Below are positions 35,551 through 42,831 of a stretch of 44,061 nucleotides of DNA, piece by piece. Below the pieces are notes generated by a model. It ran no database searches, had not been told where the DNA came from, and worked only from the letters and a program-made list of their open reading frames with translations. This DNA comes from Escherichia phage Dru_SM5: sequence record PP920550.1; one strand, written 5' to 3'. The first letter of the stretch is position 1. The number at the start of each line of letters is the position of its first letter. A program made the translations under genes and the position numbers.

Positions 35551-36066
35551 TTAATCTTCCAGTTCGAAATAGGTTTCGACGATTTCTTTTAGCTCTGTGT
35601 GGAAGTCTTCGACGTCGTCATCTTCCAGCTTGGCGATTGATTTGATCTCGAACGATTCCAGCAGGTCGTCGAATTCGTCGTTCGCATCGTCGTCGTCACC
35701 ACCGGCAATAATCGCGGCATACTGTTTGATCTCGTCGCGCATCTCTGCCAGCGGATCGGCATCTTTCTTGCCTTTGCCTTTTGCCGGTGCTTTTTTAGAC
35801 TTAGCCGGTTTTTCATCTTCGGCATCGTCGTCTTCTTCTTCTACGACTTCTTTTTTGGCCTTACCCTTCGCCGGTGCTTTTTTAGCTTTAGCCGGTTTTT
35901 CGTCTTCGGCGTCATCGTCGCCATCTTCGACAACTTCTTTTTTGGCCTTAGACGGCTTCTTGTCTTCCTGCTTACCAACGGCAGCGCCAACGGTTTCATA
36001 ATGCTTTGCAATGGTTTCCAGTGCTACTACGCCGCGAGTGATCAGGTTTACGATTTGCTCAAACAT
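35551..36066 (-). CDS. zwitterionic repeat protein (first gene of leftward early operon)
   Basis: ATG at 36066 follows a GGAGA RBS (171 aa). Two tandem roughly 30 aa repeats of KKEVVE-DDDAEDEKPAK-KKAPAKGK-KK, encoded by roughly 99 bp tandem DNA repeats (about 35765-35960). Highly acidic C-terminus. Confidence 0.6.
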   Translation of the reverse strand: MFEQIVNLITRGVVALETIAKHYETVGAAVGKQEDKKPSKAKKEVVEDGDDDAEDEKPAKAKKAPAKGKAKKEVVEEEDDDAEDEKPAKSKKAPAKGKGKKDADPLAEMRDEIKQYAAIIAGGDDDDANDEFDDLLESFEIKSIAKLEDDDVEDFHTELKEIVETYFELED

Positions 36067-36406
36067 GGTATATCTCCGATTGGTTAAGTTTAGGTGTCGG
36101 CAGTTAACTTCGTCGGTGGCCTTAACATATTGCCAGGTTACGCGTTCTCCCGTTCGGGTAGTGGACCTGGTTATATAATCACGGTTGGGAATCCTGACAC
36201 TTCGATCCGTCCCCTGCGTTGCCCCTCTCCAGTTTGCGTCCTGCATCCTGTCGACGGAGTGAATGATAGATTGGTTGCAGGATGGGTGTCAACAACTAAT
36301 TTCAAAAAAAAGCGCCGAGGCAAAATGCACCGGCGCTAACCAATAAGAGACAATGAGACGGGAGTATTATTACACGCGTGCGCGCCCGTTTCAATATCCA
36401 AAGGAT

Positions 36407-36435
36407 TTGACACCGTGCAGTTTTGGGTGTAGTTT
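36407..36435 (+). promoter_or_regulatory. candidate rightward early promoter with operator-like palindrome
   Basis: TTGACA, 17 nt spacer, TAGTTT, followed by inverted repeat GTTGGT-catca-ACCAAC (36436-36452) and RBS CAGGAGA before the ATG at 36467. Confidence 0.45.
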
Positions 36436-36466
36436 CGTTGGTCATCAACCAACAGGAGACTGAATT

Positions 36467-36796
36467 ATGAATATCAAAGAAGCAATTGAAGTGTTATCTA
36501 ATGCAATCCGCGGCGAAGCGGGTAAATCCTGGTATTACACAAATGCGGTGGATACTCTGTTATTTGAAGTGTCCAGATTATCGCGTGCGGAGAAGGAGCT
36601 TACCGCGAAGCTGGAATTGCTCAACGGCACGGCAGCAAGCAAGCTGCAAAAACACAATGAAGAAATGGAAGAATACAAAAAGCAGGTTATCCGTTTGCGC
36701 AATGAGGGAAAGTCATGGGCAATGATCGCCGAGTTAACCGGAATTAATCAGAGCACAGTGCGCTCCTGGGTACGCAATAATAAAACTTCTAAGTAA
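36467..36796 (+). CDS. HTH DNA-binding protein (putative transcriptional regulator)
   Basis: 109 aa with a C-terminal helix-turn-helix-like segment GKSWAMIAELTGINQSTVRSWV. First gene after the early promoter. Confidence 0.55.
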   Translation: MNIKEAIEVLSNAIRGEAGKSWYYTNAVDTLLFEVSRLSRAEKELTAKLELLNGTAASKLQKHNEEMEEYKKQVIRLRNEGKSWAMIAELTGINQSTVRSWVRNNKTSK

Positions 36797-36806
36797 GGCC
36801 ACGGCA

Positions 36807-39071
36807 ATGAGCTTAATTAAATTCGCTGTAACACGACCCGCTAAAAAAGGCGAAAAAGCCAGGGCGGAAAACTTCCAGATGACTACCGAAGAGTTTTTCG
36901 AATTTATCAATGACGCGAAAGAAATCTCCTCGGTGCATATTAACAAAACGGAAGATAAAGCGGAGTATGCACGCCGCAAGCGTAAGGCCGATGGCATTGT
37001 GGCTTATACCAGTGACGGCTTACGTCGCAAGACCAGTGCGGTGGACCGCTCGATCCTGTTCTTCGATATCGACCGTACTGACACCCGCACCCTGCGCCGC
37101 TGCCGTAAGGCGTTCATCGACGCGGGACTGGAACATGTATTTCACACCACTACCGGCGACCGCCACCCGCTGAAAGGGGGCACGCGTTGCGCTCGTTTCC
37201 TGGTGCTCACCGATAAGCCTGTACCGGCTGAAGACCTGGGCCGCGTCCAGTATGCACTATTACACCAACTGGGTCTGTCAGATGTGGACTTCGACGATTG
37301 CACGAAAGACACAAACCGCCTGATGTACCTGCCACACCAGCAGTCTGTTATTAAGTGCCACTACGGCAAGCGTGCCCGCGTCCGTCGTCTGCTTCGCCTG
37401 GCTGATAAGCTGGGAATGGAAAAAGAGGAAGTACGACGCGAACTGACCCAGGGCGATGACGGCGTGGCGGACGGTATTCTGGATTGGTGCTTCCAGGCAG
37501 GATTCGAACCGCTGTCGTCCGGTCGTGGTTATGAAGTGCCATGCCCGAACGAACACCTGCACAGTGGTGAAGGGTCCACCGCTATCATGGTTAAGGATGG
37601 CGAGATCCGTTTCAAGTGTATGCACACCGGCAACGAGTGTTGCTCGGAACTGAACAGACACCAGCACCTGGCGCTACGTCTTATCGGGATCCCGGACCAC
37701 CTGAACGTCGAACCGCACAACATGTCACGTAAGCAAATCGCCGCCATCCTCCCAGGTCTGGACGACGAGGAAGTGGAATCGTGCTATGAACATATCGTTG
37801 ATGCGGTCGGAGACGGCGACGAGTACGGCGTGTGTACTGATGCAGACCTGGACAACGAGCCGGTCGCACTGTTCAGTAAGCACGACCCGATCATCGAAGG
37901 CCTGGTCAACTTCAAATCGACCTGGTATCTCGCCGGTGAGTCGAACATTGGCAAGTCGTTCTACGTGCTGGGCCAGATGGCGTCAGTATCTGCCGGTATT
38001 CCGTTCGGCGGTGCGAAGGTCGTCCAGTCTCATTGCTTCTATTTCGATGCGGAAGGTGGTGAGGCCCCCAACCAGCGTAAAGAAGCATTGCAGATTAAAT
38101 ACGAGCACGACCTGGACAAGCTGCACATTATAGACCTGCAGTCACGCGGCTGGGATATCACCAGCAAATCAGGCTTGCGCGAAGTTATCAGCTTTATCAA
38201 CCGCACCGCTAACGGCGAACCGGTTGGCCTGGTGGCGTTCGACTCACTCAACCAGACTGTTGCGTTGCGGTCCGCTGATGCTAAACCGTTCGACGAGAAC
38301 AACGCCAGCGATATGGGTGAAGTGGTCAAAGCGCTGAAGGCCATCGCGGAAAATACAGGTGGCAGTGCGGGCGTCATCCACCACCCGGCTAAAGGTGCAA
38401 ACGGCAGCAGAACCCCCCGAGGGTCCGGCGCGCTGCATGGTGCTGTCGATTCTGCGTTCTTCCTGGAACAGCCGGACGACAACCAGCCCGGACAATTGAA
38501 CCTGTATCATGAGAAGTCACGTAACGGCATCAAGCAAGCGCCGCGCGGCTTCGTCCTGCTCAAGTGCAAGGTGAAGGTGGATCTCCGCAAGTCAGAAGCG
38601 TTCGAGGCGCACCAGTCCACCAGCACCGGGCCAGACTTCGGCGACGTGGTTGCCGGATGGGACGTCAAGCCGATTGCCTCCACGCCACGCGACGAGACTC
38701 TCTACCTCGTACCGGTTGCCCTGGCACCGTTCGCTATTGAACAGGCGAAGGCCTCGGGCAAAGCAGCAGTTAAAGAAGAGAACACCGCCGGACCGCGCAA
38801 CGAAAAAGAGAAAGTGCTTTATGCGGCACTGGAAAAACTGATGGAAGATAACCCGGACCATACTGGATTCAGTAAATCGGCAATTGTCCGCCAGGCTGGG
38901 CTGGCAAAAGGTGGCACTTCGACGAAGGCAATCGACGATATGGTGGAGCGAGGAGTGATAGGTTTTTACACCGATCCGCACACTGGGGCCATCTATGGGT
39001 CGTCTAATTTGGTCATCAAATCGGATATCCCTATCACGCTTTCAGCGACCGATGACGACTTAAAAGATTAA
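36807..39071 (+). CDS. DNA primase/helicase (primase-polymerase-like N-terminus + P-loop ATPase)
   Basis: N-terminal FFDIDRTD (AEP/prim-pol-like DxD), a Cys/His zinc-binding segment, Walker A GESNIGKS and Walker B LVAFDSLNQ. 754 aa. Confidence 0.6.
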   Translation: MSLIKFAVTRPAKKGEKARAENFQMTTEEFFEFINDAKEISSVHINKTEDKAEYARRKRKADGIVAYTSDGLRRKTSAVDRSILFFDIDRTDTRTLRRCRKAFIDAGLEHVFHTTTGDRHPLKGGTRCARFLVLTDKPVPAEDLGRVQYALLHQLGLSDVDFDDCTKDTNRLMYLPHQQSVIKCHYGKRARVRRLLRLADKLGMEKEEVRRELTQGDDGVADGILDWCFQAGFEPLSSGRGYEVPCPNEHLHSGEGSTAIMVKDGEIRFKCMHTGNECCSELNRHQHLALRLIGIPDHLNVEPHNMSRKQIAAILPGLDDEEVESCYEHIVDAVGDGDEYGVCTDADLDNEPVALFSKHDPIIEGLVNFKSTWYLAGESNIGKSFYVLGQMASVSAGIPFGGAKVVQSHCFYFDAEGGEAPNQRKEALQIKYEHDLDKLHIIDLQSRGWDITSKSGLREVISFINRTANGEPVGLVAFDSLNQTVALRSADAKPFDENNASDMGEVVKALKAIAENTGGSAGVIHHPAKGANGSRTPRGSGALHGAVDSAFFLEQPDDNQPGQLNLYHEKSRNGIKQAPRGFVLLKCKVKVDLRKSEAFEAHQSTSTGPDFGDVVAGWDVKPIASTPRDETLYLVPVALAPFAIEQAKASGKAAVKEENTAGPRNEKEKVLYAALEKLMEDNPDHTGFSKSAIVRQAGLAKGGTSTKAIDDMVERGVIGFYTDPHTGAIYGSSNLVIKSDIPITLSATDDDLKD

Positions 39072-39182
39072 ATTCTGCGCGCATTGGTTGCCGATATGGG
39101 AATTCCCATATCGCTAAACGATTAATTTGTGCGCGTATTGGTTGCCATTTTGCGTGTTTTTATCTGGTCGTATTGGTTGCCG
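39066..39182 (+). repeat. direct repeats flanking a perfect 22-bp palindrome (origin- or operator-like)
   Basis: 27 bp direct repeats at 39066-39092 and 39120-39146 (GATTAAATTCTGCGCGCATTGGTTGCC and a near copy), a partial third at 39170-39182, and the perfect palindrome CGATATGGGAATTCCCATATCG at 39092-39113. Confidence 0.7.
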
Positions 39183-39206
39183 TGTAGTGTAAATATAATG
39201 AATAGT

Positions 39207-39393
39207 TATGCAGTTTTATTGCATAAAGTAAGCGGGACAGAAAGCGGGACAAACAAGAGGCGGGACAAAGCGGGACAGCACCCCCGTCCCGCCCCGGATG
39301 ACGCGGCCTGGCGAGGAGCGGGACAGGCGGGACAAACCCAAGTCTTTCAGACTAGACGGGGGTCCATGGCCCCCCTCGTCTGAGACTGAATAA
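39207..39393 (+). repeat. GGGACA-iteron + GC-hairpin element, copy B
   Basis: About 187 bp paralog of 11735-11923: TATGCAG..TGCATAAA, four CGGGACA iterons, two more, then a near-identical conserved hairpin block. A TATAAT box at 39195-39200 sits just upstream. Confidence 0.8.
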
Positions 39394-39548
39394 AATCCGG
39401 GGATTGCAAAATACACGGCAGCATGATGCGAAGGGCGGTCGTCGATGAACCAGGCAACCAATGCGGGTTGCATTATGCTGAGTGAAAAATGCAGTTTGCA
39501 GTTGCAGCAGATAGCGATCAACTTTTTCATGCGCGTGATTAATATTGG

Positions 39549-39577
39549 TTGCATTCAGCCTGGAGCCTTGATATATT
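39549..39577 (+). promoter_or_regulatory. candidate promoter for the 39606 operon
   Basis: TTGCAT, 17 nt spacer, TATATT, then RBS ATGAGGA and the ATG at 39606. The -35 hexamer lies inside an ATTGGTTGCAT motif. Confidence 0.4.
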
Positions 39578-39605
39578 GGTTGCACACCAACATGAGGACT
39601 GAACA

Positions 39606-39932
39606 ATGAGAGCGATTATCTGGAATTACGCAATGGCTATGGCGGCGGCACAAGAAGCGGCGGAGTTCGCCGGTGAAGGAGCGGAAGCGGTCGAAAGACT
39701 ATCGGCAGCGTGGTCCGTTGTTCGCGTTACGCAGCAGGCCATCGCCTGTATGCTGGAGCGCCGCTTCGACACTATGGCAGAGATTCAGCCACTGGCGAAC
39801 GCTATCCAGGATTACGCGCTTGCCTTTGCCCGTGAGCGCCTGGCGTATCGCTTCGGGATCGGCGAGACGGCAGTGACTAACGTCGCCCGGATTAAAGCCC
39901 AGCGTGAGCTATTCTCCCAGCTTGCGAAATAA
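39606..39932 (+). CDS. hypothetical protein
   Basis: 108 aa with RBS ATGAGGA. Ala-rich. Confidence 0.55.
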   Translation: MRAIIWNYAMAMAAAQEAAEFAGEGAEAVERLSAAWSVVRVTQQAIACMLERRFDTMAEIQPLANAIQDYALAFARERLAYRFGIGETAVTNVARIKAQRELFSQLAK

Positions 39933-39941
39933 GAGGCCAAA

Positions 39942-40211
39942 ATGACCCGTAGACGCGCAAAACAGCTTTCGTGGCATATTCCCCTGCATTGCATACGAAT
40001 ATGGGCTAAGAATGCGAATGCGGGGGATTCTGTATTCTGGTGTTATCGCGACGACGTTAAGCCGTTGACGCAGACTCGCTACTTGCACCAGTTCGCAGCA
40101 CAACACGATTTCAGGGTGCGGACTTCCTTGCAACCAATGGGGATTCGTATTACATTACGCCGAAAGCCCGCCATTGAGCGGGTAGGCAAACACTGGAGAC
40201 TGAGCAAATGA
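39942..40211 (+). CDS. hypothetical protein
   Basis: 89 aa basic protein; its stop overlaps the next ATG. Confidence 0.45.
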   Translation: MTRRRAKQLSWHIPLHCIRIWAKNANAGDSVFWCYRDDVKPLTQTRYLHQFAAQHDFRVRTSLQPMGIRITLRRKPAIERVGKHWRLSK

Positions 40212-40360
40212 CACCAATGCAAATAACGCTAATGGCAGGGTATTCGCAGCAATTCGTAGACCTGTTATCTTGCATTGCGGACTATGAGATGGACGGCATC
40301 GCTACGGTGTGCGATGGCGACACGAAGACTGTCGACGAGATTGAGGAGACTGAGCAATGA
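40208..40360 (+). CDS. small acidic hypothetical protein
   Basis: 50 aa ORF (MTPMQITLMAGYSQQF...EIEETEQ). Below the track cut-off; ATGA overlaps at both ends. Start context GGAGACTGAGCAAATG is repeated before the next gene. Confidence 0.35.
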   Translation: MTPMQITLMAGYSQQFVDLLSCIADYEMDGIATVCDGDTKTVDEIEETEQ

Positions 40361-40943
40361 AATTACTATTCCGCCGTAAAGCAGATGGCTACCTAATGCG
40401 GCCGATCCAGGCCCTTGCTACATGCGTGCGCTTGCGCCATGTACACAGCGGACTTGAGTGCCTGGCAGATACGGTTCACCTACCGGCAAACTTTGACGTA
40501 CTCACACATGATATTGAGCGCGGCGATGTTCTGCGTGACATTCGCGACGGGCAGCTATGGATCGTGGAACGCACCTACCGGAACGCACCTACCGGAACGG
40601 CCTGCGTATGCAGACCCGCAAGGGCGGCGTAGTGGGTAACGTTCAGAGGGGTATGACTTACTTCGGCCTTGTCAACTACGAACGAGTGGGCCGCAAATAC
40701 TGCCTACGCAACCGCCAGCCTCATGACCGCGTTGAGTTCCGCAAGTCGCAGCCCGCCTATGCCACCTACGACGCCCACCAGGTGCAGGCGAGGATGAAAC
40801 GCACCGCGCACGAAATCGTCAATCGCTTTGATGCCGTGACAAACGCACAGCGCCATGCGCAGGGATACGGCGTTGGATTCATCCGGGTGGAACGAGACGG
40901 CAGCATGAAGGCCATCGACCCGCGCTCGGTGATTCTGAAATGA
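40357..40943 (+). pseudogene. gene disrupted by 14-bp tandem duplication (frameshift)
   Basis: GAACGCACCTACCG occurs twice in tandem (40567-40580 and 40581-40594). Removing one copy joins track ORFs 40357..40632 and 40557..40943 into one roughly 191 aa frame (...IVERTYRNGLRMQTRKGG...), verified codon by codon. Confidence 0.6.
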
Positions 40944-41064
40944 GTGCGACGATCCGCGATATGCTTCAGCATAACCGCTTTGAGATAGGCGGTCGGGTAT
41001 TTCGCAATTACTTCGTGGCGCGGGCATGGGCGCGCCATATTGGCAAACCAGAGGGGGCAATACG

Positions 41065-41352
41065 ATGCTACACGATTTGATATATTGGTTTGGATTGGGG
41101 TGCGCGACACTCTTTGCCACGGTGCTGGCGCTGTTGGTATGGGTGTTCCTGATTTGGCCCGCGGTGGAGGCAGCCAGCATTACCCGCATGACGTTCCAGA
41201 TATACAAGCGCCGGGGCATAACGGAGCACCCGACCAGGTTGCGTATGTGGTGGTTGTGGTATAGGGATATGATAGGCGGTCGAACATTCGAAGCCGTCCG
41301 GTCGAGTGGATGGGAGTGGAAAGGCGTCGGCAAGTGGTCCATTTTCGATTAA
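41065..41352 (+). CDS. membrane protein (lysis-cassette associated)
   Basis: ATG at 41065 follows a GAGGGGG RBS. N-terminal TM helix (LIYWFGLGCATLFATVLALLVWVFLIW), Trp/Arg-rich C-terminus. Confidence 0.5.
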   Translation: MLHDLIYWFGLGCATLFATVLALLVWVFLIWPAVEAASITRMTFQIYKRRGITEHPTRLRMWWLWYRDMIGGRTFEAVRSSGWEWKGVGKWSIFD

Positions 41353-41404
41353 ATACGCAAGCGTGATATAGTCCCAGTGAGCTAAAACTTACTGGGACTT
41401 TTTT

Positions 41405-41695
41405 ATGGATAAGCTAAACGAGTGGTTATTCGCCCTTGCGTGTCTTGCTGGTGGCTTCGTGGGCGCACGCATTCACGGCGAGGCAACGAAAGGGCCGTTG
41501 AACTTCGTTTTATATGTCGTAGTTGGCTTCCTGTGCGCCATATTTGGTGCGCCAGCCATTGCCGAGTGGTCTGGTTTGTCCGGTGAGCGCACTGTCGCCG
41601 GTTTGGGCTTCGTAACTGCAATCTTCTGGATGCCAATAGCCGCCCGGATCAGGGAGACTATTGAGTCGTTCCGACTTCCGGGGGGCGCAAAATGA
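41405..41695 (+). CDS. putative holin
   Basis: 96 aa with about three hydrophobic TM segments and a charged C-terminus. Two genes upstream of the endolysin. Confidence 0.55.
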   Translation: MDKLNEWLFALACLAGGFVGARIHGEATKGPLNFVLYVVVGFLCAIFGAPAIAEWSGLSGERTVAGLGFVTAIFWMPIAARIRETIESFRLPGGAK

Positions 41696-41937
41696 TTATC
41701 TCCGTCCTGTTGTTTGTTATCATAGGGGCTTCGTCCCTGTTTAACGTGTATGCGCCGTCCGTCCAGGATGGCATTTTAGGCCGGGTGCTATATCTGCTAA
41801 CGGCGATGATCTGCGTTGTCGGATTGTTGCAAACAGGAGACGTATCTGACACCACCTGGACCGCGTTAATCTGGCTGTTTGCATTGCGCACACTGCGTAA
41901 TGCTGTTTTGAATGGGGTAAAACATGCGATTCAGTGA
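41692..41937 (+). CDS. putative holin/antiholin-like membrane protein
   Basis: 81 aa with 2-3 TM segments. Overlaps neighbours; directly upstream of the endolysin. Confidence 0.5.
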   Translation: MIISVLLFVIIGASSLFNVYAPSVQDGILGRVLYLLTAMICVVGLLQTGDVSDTTWTALIWLFALRTLRNAVLNGVKHAIQ

Positions 41938-42415
41938 CAACGGTCTGAGATTTACGGCAGCATGGGAGCAATTCAGCCCAGTGCCGTATTTCGCGACTAA
42001 GAAAGAGCAGGCCCGCGGCCTGTATACCTGGGGCTATGGTCACACCGGCACTAATCCGCCGCGGAGCATTACCCGTGCGGAAGCACTGGAGCTACTCAAG
42101 CGCGACGTGGCGTATGCCGAGAACTGGGTAAACAAGTACGCACACCCGAGCATTAATCAGGCGCAATTCGACGCGCTGGTGGACCTGGTTATCAATGCCG
42201 GTCCAGGTCCGATCATGCCGGACGACGTCGCCGGTGACTTCGACGATGCGATCCGCCTGGGTGACTGGGCAAAGGTCCGTGCTACGCTGCCACAATTCCG
42301 CAAGCAAGGCGGGGCAGTGCTCAAGGGGCTTGTCCGTCGTGCAATCGGCAGGCAGGCACTATTTGATGGTAAGCAGTGGGACGTTGCCGAGAAAATCGGA
42401 CGTAACGCAGCATAA
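41924..42415 (+). CDS. endolysin (lysozyme-like muramidase)
   Basis: 163 aa. N-terminal region with a conserved Glu (AWEQF) and a TWGYGHTG segment resembling the lysozyme/GH24-like fold. Follows holin-like genes. Confidence 0.65.
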   Translation: MRFSDNGLRFTAAWEQFSPVPYFATKKEQARGLYTWGYGHTGTNPPRSITRAEALELLKRDVAYAENWVNKYAHPSINQAQFDALVDLVINAGPGPIMPDDVAGDFDDAIRLGDWAKVRATLPQFRKQGGAVLKGLVRRAIGRQALFDGKQWDVAEKIGRNAA

Positions 42416-42431
42416 TACGGGGTAACACAGT

Positions 42432-42593
42432 ATGTTAAAAAGTATTCGTGATCATAACGCCGACGCGCTCGCCGCGCTGGCTAAAACCGAAGACCCAGGC
42501 GCTCGCGCCATTATCGCGGACACTATCAGTCATGCTGGCGTATTTGACGCGAAGCTGCCGAGTCCGCCACCGCCGGAAGATCCAGAAGTGTAA
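42432..42593 (+). CDS. small hypothetical protein downstream of endolysin
   Basis: 53 aa ORF with RBS GGGGTAA, no TM segment or lipobox. Followed by a terminator. Confidence 0.3.
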   Translation: MLKSIRDHNADALAALAKTEDPGARAIIADTISHAGVFDAKLPSPPPPEDPEV

Positions 42594-42600
42594 ACTACCA

Positions 42601-42626
42601 AGCCCGGTTAATTCCGGGCTTTTTAT
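42601..42626 (+). terminator. intrinsic terminator after lysis cassette
   Basis: AGCCCGG-ttaatt-CCGGGCT followed by TTTTTAT. Confidence 0.6.
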
Positions 42627-42629
42627 TGC

Positions 42630-42659
42630 TTGACTTGCAACCAACATAGACGCCATACT
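42630..42659 (+). promoter_or_regulatory. candidate sigma70-type promoter
   Basis: TTGACT, 18 nt spacer, CATACT. Spacer contains GCAACCAA; GCGACCAA follows. Confidence 0.4.
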
Positions 42660-42690
42660 GCGACCAATCAACAAGAGGAGTATTACACTA

Positions 42691-42771
42691 TGGCACGTAA
42701 TGATATTTGGGTATTGGCAATCTGGTCCGCCGCAGCATTTATCGGTATGGTTATTTGCGAATTGCTATAAC
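42691..42771 (+). CDS. tiny hydrophobic peptide ORF
   Basis: 26 aa (MARNDIWVLAIWSAAAFIGMVICELL) after an AGAGGAG RBS. One TM-length hydrophobic stretch. Very short, so speculative. Confidence 0.25.
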
Positions 42772-42831
42772 CCGCCACAATAGGTACCGTGGTATATTGT
42801 CCTCGGCCCCATAATCAGGAAGTGGATTAAT

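Noticed and set aside
39129-39383. Track ORF 39129..39383 (84 aa)
   Set aside because: Its translation only mirrors the GGGACA-iteron/hairpin element and resembles the spurious N-terminus of ORF 11601. There is no RBS and the frame is not conserved between the two repeat copies.
40557-40943. ORF 40557..40943 as an independent gene
   Set aside because: Its start has only a weak RBS and its frame joins the upstream ORF exactly when one copy of the 14 bp duplication is removed. A single frameshifted gene is more parsimonious, though independent expression is not excluded.
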